From Alphaproteobacteria bacterium (GTDB taxonomy: Bacteria; Pseudomonadota; Alphaproteobacteria; UBA828), in assembly GCA_963422645.2 (NCBI GenBank), contig CAXXVO010000008.1, forward strand, positions 626,510-690,509: a stretch of 64,000 bases of DNA, read 5' to 3'. Shown here piece by piece: positions 39,741 through 50,698 of the stretch. A program made the position numbers and the translations under genes. Under the pieces are notes generated by a model. The model did not search any database and was not told the DNA's origin. It was given only the letters and a program-made list of their open reading frames with translations. Within the stretch, counting starts at the first letter, position 1. Every line of letters begins with the position of its first letter.

Positions 39741-41899
39741 CCCAAGTTGGCACTTTTTCCGTTTGTTCGGGGCCGAATTGGCCAGGTTTTTCCGGCTGAC
39801 ACACCAGATATAGCGTTGACGAGAAGGGCACGCCCCTACATTTGCGATTGCCGTCTCGAACTCCCTTTGTAGTGCCAGGGAATGGTGGGTTTGCAGGATT
39901 TCCCTTGACCCCACCACCAAAGCCGACATATCTGAACCCGCCACGACCAAAACGTGCCGGGCGACATGTTCATCAGGGCAACCAAGACCCACACTACCGA
40001 AGGCAAGCCGGTCCGCAGCCATCGCCTCGTGCTCTCGCAGCGCATCGGCGACAAGGTCAGGCAGCGCACGCTTCTCAACCTCGGCACCGACTATCCGGTG
40101 CCGAAGGAGAAATGGCGCGAAGTTGCCGGACTCGCCGAGGCGCTGCTCAACGGCCGCCCGCCGCTGCTCGAAGCCGCGCCGGACGTGCAGGCCGCAGCCG
40201 AGGACATCGTCGCCAAGCTCAGGGCCAGGGGGTTCCGCCCCGAGGCGATACAGGAAGAGGCGCGCAAGCCCGACATCGCCACCGTCGACCTCGATACCCT
40301 GGAGCACGAGAACCCGCGCACGGTCGGCTGCGAGCGCCTGTGCCTCAAGGCCCTCGACGACCTCGGCTTCGCCGACATCCTCCACGGCCTCGATATCAAG
40401 GGCCGCGACGGGCGCATCGCCAGCGCGCTGATCGTCGCCAGGATGGTCCATCCCGCCAGCGAGCGTGACACCAGCCGCTGGCTGCGCCGCGACAGCGCGA
40501 CCGCCGAGCTCCTGGGGCTGGAGGGCGACCGCAAGGCGCTGCGGCGCAAGACGCTCTACCGCATCGGCGACCTGCTCTGGCGCCACCGGGCCGCCATTCA
40601 GCGGGAGCTGTTCAACCGCGAGCGCGCGCTGCTCGACCTGCCCGAAACGATCGCCTTTTACGATCTCACCAATGTCCACTACCACGGCCACACCCACGGC
40701 CAGCTTCCCAGGTTCGGGCGCTCCAAGCAGAAGCGCGACGACTGTCCGCTGATCACGCTGGCGCTGGCGCTCGACGGCGCAGGCTTCCCGCGCAGTTGCG
40801 AGATCCTGCCGGGCAACGTGAGCGAGCCGGGCACGCTGGAGGACGCGCTGGTCAGGCTCGAGGCGGTGTGCGGCGGCACGGCGCCGAAGCCCACGGTGGT
40901 CATGGACGCGGGCATCGCCACCGAGGAGAACGTCGCGTGGCTGGGCGAGCAGGGCTACGACTGGATCGCGGTCAGCCGCGGCGCCAGGCCGCCGCTGCCC
41001 GAGGGCGGGCCCGAGGCTCTGCTGATCACCAGCGCGCGGCACGAGGTGCGCGCCTGGCGGCTTGCCAGCGAGGACGGCGAGGCGCGGCTCTACGTCGTCA
41101 GCGAGGGCAAGAAGAAGGCCGAGAACGCGATCATCGGCCTCAGGCGGAACCGCTTCGAGGCGGCGCTGGAAAGGCTCCATAGCGGCCTGCCGGTCAAGGG
41201 CCGCCTCAAGCGCTACGACAGGGTGCTGGAGAGCATTGGCCGTCTCAAGCAGCGCTTCTCCACCGTCGCCAGACACTACGAGGTCACGGTCGAGAAGGCG
41301 AAAACCGGCCCCAACGCCGCCGCCGTGCGCTTCAAGCGCAGGCCGCAATACGACGAGGCCGACGAGGGCGCCGGCGCCTATGTGCTGCGCACCAGCCACG
41401 TCGACTGGGATATCGAGACGATCCTGCGGACCTACTGGCGCATCACCGACATCGAGGCCACCTTCCGCAGCCTGAAATCCGAGCTCGGCCTTCGCCCGAT
41501 CTGGCACCAGCTCGACCGTCGCATCGCGGCCCACCTGCTGATCGCCGTGCTGGCCTATCACGCCGTGCATCTGATCCGTACCCGACTGGCCGCGCGGGGC
41601 ATCCACAAGTGCTGGGCATCGATCCGCGAGGGCATGCGGACCTGGGTGCGGATCACCACGCGACTGCGCCAGACCGACGGCACCTTGATCGTCAACCGCC
41701 AGGACACGCGCCCGGCCGCCGAGGTCGCCCAAATCTCCTCGGCGGCGGGTGTTGACCCCGCCATCCACCGCACGAGGACCCGCCTGACGAGCTGACAGAA
41801 TCTCACAAAATGTAGTGCCATGTTGGAATCGGCAGAGAAAAATATTGCGCCATATCAAAGCGATAAACGACAGCAGAACACAAAAAGTGCCAACCTGGG
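39741..41899 (+). mobile_element. IS1634-family element
   Basis: IRs CCCAAGTTGGCACTTTTT / AAAAAGTGCCAACCTGGG; TATA (or GTATA) duplicated at the flanks. Confidence 0.88.
39966..41795 (+). CDS. IS1634 transposase
   Basis: YDLTN, FGRSKQKRDD, VMDAGI, IEATFRSLK..L.LRPIWH. Confidence 0.92.
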   Translation: MFIRATKTHTTEGKPVRSHRLVLSQRIGDKVRQRTLLNLGTDYPVPKEKWREVAGLAEALLNGRPPLLEAAPDVQAAAEDIVAKLRARGFRPEAIQEEARKPDIATVDLDTLEHENPRTVGCERLCLKALDDLGFADILHGLDIKGRDGRIASALIVARMVHPASERDTSRWLRRDSATAELLGLEGDRKALRRKTLYRIGDLLWRHRAAIQRELFNRERALLDLPETIAFYDLTNVHYHGHTHGQLPRFGRSKQKRDDCPLITLALALDGAGFPRSCEILPGNVSEPGTLEDALVRLEAVCGGTAPKPTVVMDAGIATEENVAWLGEQGYDWIAVSRGARPPLPEGGPEALLITSARHEVRAWRLASEDGEARLYVVSEGKKKAENAIIGLRRNRFEAALERLHSGLPVKGRLKRYDRVLESIGRLKQRFSTVARHYEVTVEKAKTGPNAAAVRFKRRPQYDEADEGAGAYVLRTSHVDWDIETILRTYWRITDIEATFRSLKSELGLRPIWHQLDRRIAAHLLIAVLAYHAVHLIRTRLAARGIHKCWASIREGMRTWVRITTRLRQTDGTLIVNRQDTRPAAEVAQISSAAGVDPAIHRTRTRLTS

Positions 41900-42061
41900 T
41901 ATAGACAGATCTATGACGGCCTGCCCCGTCGATTCTGGTAACGTTTTGACGCTAATGGGGAATTCTGGTCCGGTAGTCATCGACGCCGTGCCGGTCCCTG
42001 GCCGGAAGCCGGCGCCGGGCGGGGACGCGGCCATCGCGCCGGCTTCTCTGCGAGGCTCGCC

Positions 42062-45000
42062 GTGGTAGCGACTCTCGCCCAGGCGGCGTCTGCCGCCTAC
42101 TACCTGGAGAGCCAGCGCTCGTTCCGGCATCCCAACGAGTACTACACGGCCGGCGAGGAGCCCGACGGGGTGTGGTTCAACCCGAAGGGCCTCTTCGGCC
42201 TGGAGGACGGCGGCAAGGTGGATTCCGGCCACTTCCACCGCCTCTACCACGGCTTCGCGCCGGACGGCTCGGGCAGGTTGACCCGGAACGCCGGCAGCGA
42301 GAAGCGCTCGCCCGGCCTCGACATGACCTTCTCGGCCGACAAGAGCGTGTCCGCTTTCTGGGCGATCGCCGATCCCGAGCTGCGCGGCCAGATCGAGCAG
42401 GCTCACAACGATGCAGCAAGGGTCGCGCTGGAGGAGACGGTGTTCCGCCATTGCGGCTTCACCCGCATCCGCGATCGCAAGGGGAAGATCCACGTTCTCC
42501 CCGCCGACCTCATGGCGGCGATGTTCCAGCACGGCACTAGCCGGGAGAACGACCCGCAGCTCCACACCCACTGCGTGATCTTCAACGCGGCCAGGGCGCA
42601 GGACGACGGCAAGTGGCGGGCGATGCACCAGCACCCGGTCTACGGCTGGGCCAAGGCGGCGGGCGCGGTCTACCGCAACGCGCTCGCCTGGAACCTGCAT
42701 CAGAGCCTCGGTATCCCCATGGAGCGATACGGCCGGGACGGGGAGTTCACCCGCGTCAAGGGCGTGCCGGAGGACCTCGCCGCGCATTGGTCGAAACGGC
42801 GTGCCGCGATCGTCGATGCCGCCAACGACATGGGGTTCAAGGTCGAGGGCAACGCGGCGCGGGCGGCGGCGGCGAACAAGATCACGCGGGCGGGGAAGTC
42901 TCCCGACAACGATCCCGAGATCAGGCACCGGCGCTGGCGGGGCGAGGCCGAGGGGTTCTGCGAGCGCGAGGCGCTGATCGCCTCTCTCATGGGCGATGCC
43001 GAGGACATCACCCAGGAGCAGCTGCGTGAGCTGACGGAAGCGCTCGAAGCCCTGCCGGAGCGGCTCACCCGCGAAGAGGCAGTGTTCCGGCTTCCGGACA
43101 TCGTAGAGCGTGTGGGCAACGCGACGGCGGGGCTGATGGGCCGGGAGGCGGTGGCCACCGCCATCGAGCGCGTGCTGCGCCATCCAGAGGTGGTGCGGCT
43201 GACGCGCATCCCCCGCTCGGCCGAGGGCCGGGCGGACATGGCGCATACCAGGCTCTACACCACGGGGCGCACGCTCGAGATGGAGCAGGCGCTGCGCGAG
43301 ATGGCCGCCAGCATGGCGGCGGAGACGGGCCATGCGCTCCCCGCGCAGGCGGTCGAGGATAAGATCGCATCGCTCAAGGAGCAGGGTTATGCGCTGAGCG
43401 ATGAGCAGACGGCGGCGATCCGTACCGTTGCCGGACGGCAGGGACGCGTCGCCATCGTTGAGGGCGCGGCGGGCTCGGGCAAGACCACCACCCTGCGACC
43501 CATTGCCGACCTCTGCCGCGAGCACGGGGGCACGGTGATCGCCACCGCCGTGGCGTGGCGCACGGCGGTGGCCTTGGGCAACGACCTCGATGCGCGGCCC
43601 TTCTGCGTCGACAAGCTGCTGAAGCTGGCGGCGAAGAACAGCGCCGAGATCGACGGCGGCACCACCATCGTGGTGGACGAAGCGGGAATGCTGTCGACGC
43701 GGCACGCCCATCACGTGCTACGTCTCGCAGAGCGTCACGGGGCGAAGGTGGTGTTCGCGGGCGACACCCGGCAGCAGCAGCCAGTGGAGGCGGGGCCGGG
43801 CTTGCGGCTGATCCGGGACGCGGTGGGCAGCGTCCGCGTCGACCGCATCCGGCGCCAGAAACCGGACCTGGAAGACATCCTAGTCCAAGTCCATGGCGAA
43901 ACGCCGTCGGCTGCGCGCTTTCGCGGCGGTCTGATGGCGGACGAGGAACGTGCGCGCATTCTCGCCGATTACGAAGCGATGGAGGAGAAGCCGGCATTCA
44001 CCCCCTGGCAGGTCAAGGTGTCGGAGGCGCTCAGGGACGGGGACGCGGAATCGGCGATCTTGGCCTGGCACGAGCGGGGGCGTTTCCACCTCGGATACGA
44101 CGAGGAACGGACGCTGACCGCACTGGTGGATGAGTGGGACCGCTACGCCAAGCAGTACCCCGACAAGGCCGCCGCGGTGCTGGCGCGCACCCGCGCCGAG
44201 GTTCGGGTGCTGTCGCACTTGATGCGCGAGAAGAGACTCGCCCGGCAGAACGTGGAAGACGTCAAGCGCGTCACGGTAACCGTGAGCCGGGGCACCGAGG
44301 ACGAGCGGAAGGCGTCTCCGCTGGAGATTGCCGTCGGCGACCGGCTTCGCATCGGCGCCACCCACTGGGAGAAGCGGCTCTTCAACGGCACCGTGGTGAC
44401 GGTGGAGGATTTGCGGGTCAAACGGCATGGGGCCGGGACGGAGGCGGAGGGTCGGGGACCGGATGGCCCGGAACCGGGAAAGCCGGAGCGCGAACCCCCG
44501 GTGCTCATTTCGGCGCGGACCGACGACGGGCGAGAGGTACAATTCCGGCACGACGAGATCCGCGACTGGTACGGCAACGTCCGCCTCGACCACGGCTATG
44601 CGCTGACCATCGCCGCCGCCCAGGGGCTGACCGTGGACCGCACCTTCCTGCTGGCCGACGACCGGCCGGCGCGGGAAACCATCTACCCGGCGGGGACGCG
44701 CCACCGCGAGGAGATCGACGTCTATGTCAATCGCGCCCCGCTGGCTCTCGACGTGGCCGACCGGCGGGTGGACAGCGACCGGGAGGTGCCGGTGACGGAC
44801 GGCGAGATCAGGGCGCATCTGGCGGAGCGCTGGTCGCGGTCGGCGCCCAAGAAGGCGGCGCTCGACTACATGGCGGACGACGCGAGGGAGGAGTTCGCCG
44901 AGGGTGCGCGGGAGCGTGGGAACGCTGCCGGTGTGGGGCGGCAGAGGGGCGCCGGCGACACCCATATGGAAGAGTCGAGGTCGGCCGCCAACGACAACGC

Positions 45001-46951
45001 GCTCTCGCGCATCGCCCGCGATGTGCAGCGCACCGCCTTCGCCTGGCGTCACGGCGCGGCCGTCGACGCCTTCGCCGCCGGCAGGCAGGAGGTCGTGGCG
45101 GCGTGGGACGAGCTGCGCGAGATGACGCGCGCGGGCGGCGATGCGGTGGCGCTCTGCGATACCTACCGCGAAAACCTGGACCGCCACGCGGCGCTGCTGA
45201 GACAGGCCGAGCCCTTCCGCGCCCGCCCGGACGCCTTCGCTTCGCTGCTGGCGGCGCGCACCCGCATCGGCCGCGACGACCTCGAAGAATTCGAGGCGCT
45301 GCACGAGCGCGCCCGCCGCCACCGCCGCGCCGCGACCATGCGGCAGATCCATCGCGCCAGGCGGGAGACCGAACGCCAGGTGTCCCCGGCGGAGACACAA
45401 GAGGACGTGCGGCCAGCGCACGAGGGGGCCGTCGAGGCGGCGTCCGTCGTTCCACCCGACTATCTGGATTCCGTCCCGCCTCCGACCGACGAGGACCACG
45501 CCGAGGCGCGCGAGAACCCGGCGCCGCCTGCCCCGGAGCCCCCGAAGCCGGACTGGCGATCCGCCTGGGAGCCGGTGATAGGGGAGTGGAACGCGCTGAT
45601 CGACCGTGCCCGGCATTCGGGCGCGATCGCCTTCTACATGAAGGGCTATTCGGAATTGATCCCGCGCATCCGGGAGCTCACGGAGAACCCGGACGTCCCG
45701 GCCGACAGGCGGGAGTCTCTGGTCCCGTTGCTGGAGAACCACGAGCGCCAGCGCGCGGCGCGCAAGCGGATCGAGGAGTTCCTGGAGGCCGTCGAGCGGC
45801 ACAGGCACCGGCGCAACGCTCTCGAGCAGTCTTCGGACGAGACCGGAGTGGCGGTCACGCAGGCGCCCGGCTATGGCAAGTGGAGAAAGACGGCCGACCG
45901 TCTTCTGCGGGAAGGCAAGGCAATCCTCGCCGACCGCAACTACGCTCCCCATCTCGACCGCATCTCCTCGGTCCGCAAGCTCGCGGAGGTGCGGGTCTCC
46001 GGCCTCGGCGAGACGACCCGCGAGGACGACCGGGAGCCGGCGGAGGCCGAACGGGAGGCGCGAGAGCGGCGCCGGCTGAACCGGGAGCTGGCCCGCCTCA
46101 GGTTCGCGGAGGACGCCGGTGCGGCAGCGCAACCGGACCCGGCGCCGGCCGTCGACGACGACGGCACGCGGGCGGACAGGCTGCTCTGGCGGCTTCGCCG
46201 GATCCACGACTGGGACGGGCGCCTGGCGGAGAGCGAGAGGCAGGCCGCGATCGAAGCCGCGACGCGGGCCTCCCTGGAGGGCTGGGAGAGCCTCCGGGAG
46301 CGCTGGAACCTGCAGGTGGACCACGCAGGGCGGGAGGGTGTCCACGTCATTTACACCGCCGAGTACGAGACGCTGTACGGGGAGCTTCAGTCCCTCGCCC
46401 GCGGCGATCCCTACTTGCCCGAAGAGGTCCGCTCGGAGATCGACCGCGTTATCTACGCGGTTGGCGCGGCGGAGAGAACGCGTGACCGCGTCGTGCAGCA
46501 CGGCGCTGCCATTGCGGCCCGGCTGGCCCGCCGCCGCGAGATGCTGGACTCTGGGTGGTCGCGGGACGAGCGTGCCTTCGTGGACCGCGAGGGCTACGAC
46601 CCGTGGCGGCGGGACACCGAGAAGGCGGTGGAAGCCGCCGAGAGCCTGCTGTCCGAACCGAAGGACTACGGCATCCACCTCCAGGGCCTGACGCGCCTCA
46701 GCCTCGAATCCTCGCTCTCCAGCGCGCGCGAGGTGCTGGCCGATGACGACCGTCAGATGGCGGAGGCCCTGGTGCCCGAGCGCAAGGGCGACGACCCGCG
46801 CCGGAGGGAGGAGCGTATCGCCGCCCTCCTCGACGACCCGGAGAAGCTGCGCGAGCTGCACAGGCGCCAGATCGAGCGCAGAGAGGCGCGCAAGGCCGCT
46901 CGGCAGCGGCGGCGCAAGGGGCGGTATCAGGTTCGCAGCATGCGCATGTAG
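42062..46951 (+). CDS. MOBF relaxase-helicase (TrwC/TraI-like) with long C-terminal extension
   Basis: YY...YY tyrosines, DMTFSADKSVS, H.TSR..DPQLHTH HUH motif, GAAGSGKT, VDEAGM, HGYALT...QGLT. Confidence 0.93.
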   Translation: MVATLAQAASAAYYLESQRSFRHPNEYYTAGEEPDGVWFNPKGLFGLEDGGKVDSGHFHRLYHGFAPDGSGRLTRNAGSEKRSPGLDMTFSADKSVSAFWAIADPELRGQIEQAHNDAARVALEETVFRHCGFTRIRDRKGKIHVLPADLMAAMFQHGTSRENDPQLHTHCVIFNAARAQDDGKWRAMHQHPVYGWAKAAGAVYRNALAWNLHQSLGIPMERYGRDGEFTRVKGVPEDLAAHWSKRRAAIVDAANDMGFKVEGNAARAAAANKITRAGKSPDNDPEIRHRRWRGEAEGFCEREALIASLMGDAEDITQEQLRELTEALEALPERLTREEAVFRLPDIVERVGNATAGLMGREAVATAIERVLRHPEVVRLTRIPRSAEGRADMAHTRLYTTGRTLEMEQALREMAASMAAETGHALPAQAVEDKIASLKEQGYALSDEQTAAIRTVAGRQGRVAIVEGAAGSGKTTTLRPIADLCREHGGTVIATAVAWRTAVALGNDLDARPFCVDKLLKLAAKNSAEIDGGTTIVVDEAGMLSTRHAHHVLRLAERHGAKVVFAGDTRQQQPVEAGPGLRLIRDAVGSVRVDRIRRQKPDLEDILVQVHGETPSAARFRGGLMADEERARILADYEAMEEKPAFTPWQVKVSEALRDGDAESAILAWHERGRFHLGYDEERTLTALVDEWDRYAKQYPDKAAAVLARTRAEVRVLSHLMREKRLARQNVEDVKRVTVTVSRGTEDERKASPLEIAVGDRLRIGATHWEKRLFNGTVVTVEDLRVKRHGAGTEAEGRGPDGPEPGKPEREPPVLISARTDDGREVQFRHDEIRDWYGNVRLDHGYALTIAAAQGLTVDRTFLLADDRPARETIYPAGTRHREEIDVYVNRAPLALDVADRRVDSDREVPVTDGEIRAHLAERWSRSAPKKAALDYMADDAREEFAEGARERGNAAGVGRQRGAGDTHMEESRSAANDNALSRIARDVQRTAFAWRHGAAVDAFAAGRQEVVAAWDELREMTRAGGDAVALCDTYRENLDRHAALLRQAEPFRARPDAFASLLAARTRIGRDDLEEFEALHERARRHRRAATMRQIHRARRETERQVSPAETQEDVRPAHEGAVEAASVVPPDYLDSVPPPTDEDHAEARENPAPPAPEPPKPDWRSAWEPVIGEWNALIDRARHSGAIAFYMKGYSELIPRIRELTENPDVPADRRESLVPLLENHERQRAARKRIEEFLEAVERHRHRRNALEQSSDETGVAVTQAPGYGKWRKTADRLLREGKAILADRNYAPHLDRISSVRKLAEVRVSGLGETTREDDREPAEAEREARERRRLNRELARLRFAEDAGAAAQPDPAPAVDDDGTRADRLLWRLRRIHDWDGRLAESERQAAIEAATRASLEGWESLRERWNLQVDHAGREGVHVIYTAEYETLYGELQSLARGDPYLPEEVRSEIDRVIYAVGAAERTRDRVVQHGAAIAARLARRREMLDSGWSRDERAFVDREGYDPWRRDTEKAVEAAESLLSEPKDYGIHLQGLTRLSLESSLSSAREVLADDDRQMAEALVPERKGDDPRRREERIAALLDDPEKLRELHRRQIERREARKAARQRRRKGRYQVRSMRM

Positions 46952-47190
46952 GCCGACCGAGACCGGACGGTAACGAGATCTCTGCCTCCCTGCCCCTGCC
47001 CTGGGGGTCTTGCTCACCGCGCCCTGCTCCGCCACGACAAGGGCGACGATAGCGAGGCCGGTGCGTCGCATTCAGCGTCATGCCCGAATCGAAGACGGGT
47101 GCTCCACCTGGAATGGTCCGTTTGGCTGCTGTAGCCTGACGGTGCCCCGGTCGCTGGCTTCATAGCCTCAGGACAGGACCGAATCGGTAG

Positions 47191-50100
47191 ATGGACATGG
47201 ACACGAACGAGCAGTTCTTCGACCGCCCGATCCTCAACTCACCTTACGAATACCCTGCGCGACACTGGGAGCTTGACGAGAGCGGCCAGCCCACCAACCG
47301 CATCCTCGAGCTGCGGCGTCAGGTCTCGTTCATCACGCCGATCCCCAAGCCAAAGAAGAGCAAGGGGTCGCAACAGACGCTGATCTTCGACGAGGAAGCA
47401 CAGCGGGTCGCGACCGAAGGCCAGCAATACGAGCTGGCGCAGACGATCAACAGCGTACGGAATGCCGTCGATCGCTGGCGGGAGCTGCCAGATCAAGGAC
47501 AGTGGCGCGTGACACCGGAGACGGCCCGGCTGCTGCACCACTGGCGCCACCACAGGTTCAACGATATCCGCCCTTTCTTCTGCCAGGTCGAGGCGGTGGA
47601 GACGGCGATTTGGCTAACCGAGGTCGCACCCCAGATCGCCGCAGGACGCCGGTTCCTCGAACACCTGGACAACGCGAACAAGGAAGCCAATCCGGCGCTC
47701 TCCAGGTTGGCGCTGAAGCTCGCCACCGGCGCAGGCAAGACCACCGTGATGGCCATGCTCATCGCATGGCAGACGATCAACGCGGTGCGCCGCCCGAACA
47801 GCAGGCGCTTCACGCGGGGCTTCCTGATCGTCACTCCCGGCATCACCATCAAGGACCGGCTCCGGGTGCTCCAGCCCAACGACCCGGACAGCTACTACCA
47901 GAGCCGTGAGCTGGTACCGGGCGACATGCTGGGCGATCTCGAACGAGCGAAGATCGTCATCACCAACTTCCATGCCTTCAAGCGCCGCGAAACGATGGAG
48001 GTCTCCAAGGGCGGCCGGGCTCTGCTCCAGGGTCGCGGTCCCGATATAAGGTCGACCGAGAGCGAAGGACAGATGCTTCAGCGGGTCATGCCCGAGATCA
48101 TGGGCATGAAGAACGTGCTCGCGCTGAACGACGAGGCGCACCACTGCTATCGCGAGAAGCCCGGCGAGGACGACGAAGGCAACCTGAAGGGCGAGGACCG
48201 CAAGGAAGCCGAGAAGAACCGCGAAGCCGCGAGGCTGTGGATTTCCGGGTTGGAGGCGGTGGGTCAGAAGCTCGGCCTCACCCGCGTGATCGACCTCTCG
48301 GCGACGCCCTTCTTCCTGCGCGGCTCGGGCTACGCGGAAGGGACGCTCTTCCCCTGGACGATGAGCGACTTCTCCCTCATGGACGCCATCGAGTGCGGAA
48401 TCGTCAAGCTGCCCCGTGTGCCGGTGGCCGACAACATCCCCGGCGGCGACATGCCGAAGTTCCGCAACCTGTGGGAGCATATCCGCAAGGACATGCCGAG
48501 GAAGGGGCGCGGCAAGACCTCCAATCTCAATCCGCTGCAGATTCCCGTAACTCTGCAGACGGCGCTGGAGGCCCTCTACGGTCACTACGAGAAGACCTTC
48601 GCTCTCTGGCACGAGGCCGGCATCGAGGTCCCGCCCTGCTTCATCGTGGTCTGCAACAACACCTCGACCTCGAAGCTCATCTACGACTACATCGCGGGCT
48701 TCCAACGAGAAAACCCGGATGGCTCCACGACTCTGGTCAACGGTCGGCTCAAGCTGTTCCAAAATTTTGACGAGCATGGCACCCCGCTCGCGCGCCCGCG
48801 CACTCTCCTGATCGACAGCGAACAGCTCGAGTCCGGCGATGCGCTCGACAAGAACTTCCGCGCCATGGCGGCGGACGAGATCGAGCGCTTCCGCTGGGAG
48901 ATCATCAAGCGCACGGGCGACAAGAAGCGGGCTGATAACCTCTCCGACCAGGACCTGCTGCGTGAGGCGATGAACACTGTTGGCAAGGAAGGCCGGCTCG
49001 GCGGCGCGACCCGCTGCGTCGTCTCGGTCTCGATGCTGACCGAGGGGTGGGACGCAAACACCGTCACCCACGTGCTCGGCGTGCGCGCCTTCGGCACGCA
49101 GCTCCTTTGCGAGCAGGCGGTGGGCCGGGCGCTGCGCCGGCAATCCTACGAGCTGAGCGACGACAACCTGTTTCCCGTCGAGTACGCCGACGTGCTCGGC
49201 ATCCCCTTCGACTTCACAGCGAAGCCTGTGGTCGCCCCGCCGCAGAAGCCCACCAACGCGGTCCAGGTCAAAGCGATTACGCCGGAGCGCGACCGCTGCG
49301 AAATCCGTTTTCCGCGTGTCCAGGGTTACCGCGTCGAATTGCCGGAGGAACGATTACAGGCGACCTTCACTGCCGATGACACGCTGGTTCTGACGCCCGC
49401 GCTCGTCGGCCCCTCTCGCACTCGGGTTGAGGGGATTATCGGTGAGGGGGTCGATCTCAACCTGGTTCACACGGGCGATCTGCGCCGCTCGACCCTGCTG
49501 TTTCACCTCACCAAGCGTCTGCTGGAGACGAAGTGGTGCGATCCGGGAGAGGAGCCGAAGCTCCACCTGTTCGGCCAGCTCAAGCGGGTTGCACGGCAGT
49601 GGCTCGACGATCATCTCGTCTGCAAGGGCGGCACGTACCCGGCGCAGCTCATGTATCTGGAGTTGGCGGACATGGCCTGCGAGCGCATCACGCGAGGGAT
49701 CGTCGAGCGGCATGTGGACGAGCGCCCCGTGAAGGCGGTGCTCGATCCCTACAATCTCGCCGGCTCGACGATCCACGTGCGCCTCACTACGTCGAAGAAG
49801 ACGCTGAGGAAGACCGATGCCCGCTATTGCCACATCAACTATGTCGTCTGCGACAGCGACTGGGAGGACCAGTTCTGTTTCGTGGCCGAGGGGCATCCCC
49901 GCGTCCGCGCCTACGTCAAGAACCACGGACTGGGCCTCGAAGTGCCCTATCTGCGCGGTTCCGAGCCGCACAGATACATCCCCGACTTCATCGTGCTGGT
50001 GGACGACGGCCGTGGCGAGGACGACCCGCTGCACCTGATTGTCGAAGTCAAGGGCTACCGCGGCGAAGACGCGAAGGTGAAGAAGGCGACCATGGAGACC

Positions 50101-50235
50101 TATTGGGTGCCGGGCGTGAATGCGCTCGGCACCTTCGGGCGCTGGGCCTTCGCCGAGTTCACCGATGTCTACGAGATCGAGGCCGGGTTCGATGCGCTTG
50201 TCCGCGGCTTCCTTCTCGAAGATGCTGCCGCATGA
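47191..50235 (+). CDS. res: Type III restriction endonuclease Res subunit
   Basis: LATGAGKT, DEAHHCY, SATP, MLTEGWD, YIPDF...VEVKG nuclease motif. Confidence 0.92.
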   Translation: MDMDTNEQFFDRPILNSPYEYPARHWELDESGQPTNRILELRRQVSFITPIPKPKKSKGSQQTLIFDEEAQRVATEGQQYELAQTINSVRNAVDRWRELPDQGQWRVTPETARLLHHWRHHRFNDIRPFFCQVEAVETAIWLTEVAPQIAAGRRFLEHLDNANKEANPALSRLALKLATGAGKTTVMAMLIAWQTINAVRRPNSRRFTRGFLIVTPGITIKDRLRVLQPNDPDSYYQSRELVPGDMLGDLERAKIVITNFHAFKRRETMEVSKGGRALLQGRGPDIRSTESEGQMLQRVMPEIMGMKNVLALNDEAHHCYREKPGEDDEGNLKGEDRKEAEKNREAARLWISGLEAVGQKLGLTRVIDLSATPFFLRGSGYAEGTLFPWTMSDFSLMDAIECGIVKLPRVPVADNIPGGDMPKFRNLWEHIRKDMPRKGRGKTSNLNPLQIPVTLQTALEALYGHYEKTFALWHEAGIEVPPCFIVVCNNTSTSKLIYDYIAGFQRENPDGSTTLVNGRLKLFQNFDEHGTPLARPRTLLIDSEQLESGDALDKNFRAMAADEIERFRWEIIKRTGDKKRADNLSDQDLLREAMNTVGKEGRLGGATRCVVSVSMLTEGWDANTVTHVLGVRAFGTQLLCEQAVGRALRRQSYELSDDNLFPVEYADVLGIPFDFTAKPVVAPPQKPTNAVQVKAITPERDRCEIRFPRVQGYRVELPEERLQATFTADDTLVLTPALVGPSRTRVEGIIGEGVDLNLVHTGDLRRSTLLFHLTKRLLETKWCDPGEEPKLHLFGQLKRVARQWLDDHLVCKGGTYPAQLMYLELADMACERITRGIVERHVDERPVKAVLDPYNLAGSTIHVRLTTSKKTLRKTDARYCHINYVVCDSDWEDQFCFVAEGHPRVRAYVKNHGLGLEVPYLRGSEPHRYIPDFIVLVDDGRGEDDPLHLIVEVKGYRGEDAKVKKATMETYWVPGVNALGTFGRWAFAEFTDVYEIEAGFDALVRGFLLEDAAA

Positions 50236-50483
50236 AGACCACACGCTATTTCGAGGAGCAGGTACGACGCAAGCGACCCTACATCGACCCGGCGTGGTGC
50301 GCCGCCGTCATTGCCGCGCCTCTTCGCCACGAGGTACAGCCGGACAGCCGCATTCGCTTCTGGGGCGAGGTCGAGCGCCCCGGCGAAGATGCGCCGCGCA
50401 TCCTCCGCGTGGTGACGCTGGCCGACGGGGAGACGGTCCACAACGCCTTCTTCGATCGGGGTTTCAAGAGGGACGAAAAATGA
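50232..50483 (+). CDS. Small putative toxin paired with DUF2283
   Basis: 83 aa, LRVV..DGETVHNAFFDR; overlaps res stop and DUF2283 start. Confidence 0.65.
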   Translation: MKTTRYFEEQVRRKRPYIDPAWCAAVIAAPLRHEVQPDSRIRFWGEVERPGEDAPRILRVVTLADGETVHNAFFDRGFKRDEK

Positions 50484-50695
50484 AGCTGCACTACTATCCC
50501 GAGACCGACAGCCTCTATGTCGAGTTCAAGGCGGAGCCTGGCGTGGAGACGCGCGAGGTCTCGGACGGCCTTAATGTCGATCTTGATGCTGCCGGCGACG
50601 TGATCGGTTTCGACATCGACCATGCGTCCCGGCGTCTCGATCTCTCCACGCTGGAGACCGAGGCGTTGCCGCTGCGCTCGACCAGGGTCGGCTGA
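50480..50695 (+). CDS. DUF2283 family putative antitoxin
   Basis: MKLHYYPETDSLYV...D.D..G.VIGFDI..AS. Confidence 0.85.
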   Translation: MKLHYYPETDSLYVEFKAEPGVETREVSDGLNVDLDAAGDVIGFDIDHASRRLDLSTLETEALPLRSTRVG

Positions 50696-50698
50696 TCC

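Noticed and set aside
43880-47071. Long antisense ORFs (also 3680-5392, 24776-27145, 39702-41858, 58846-60660)
   Set aside because: Shadow frames of GC-rich genes with no recognisable motifs.
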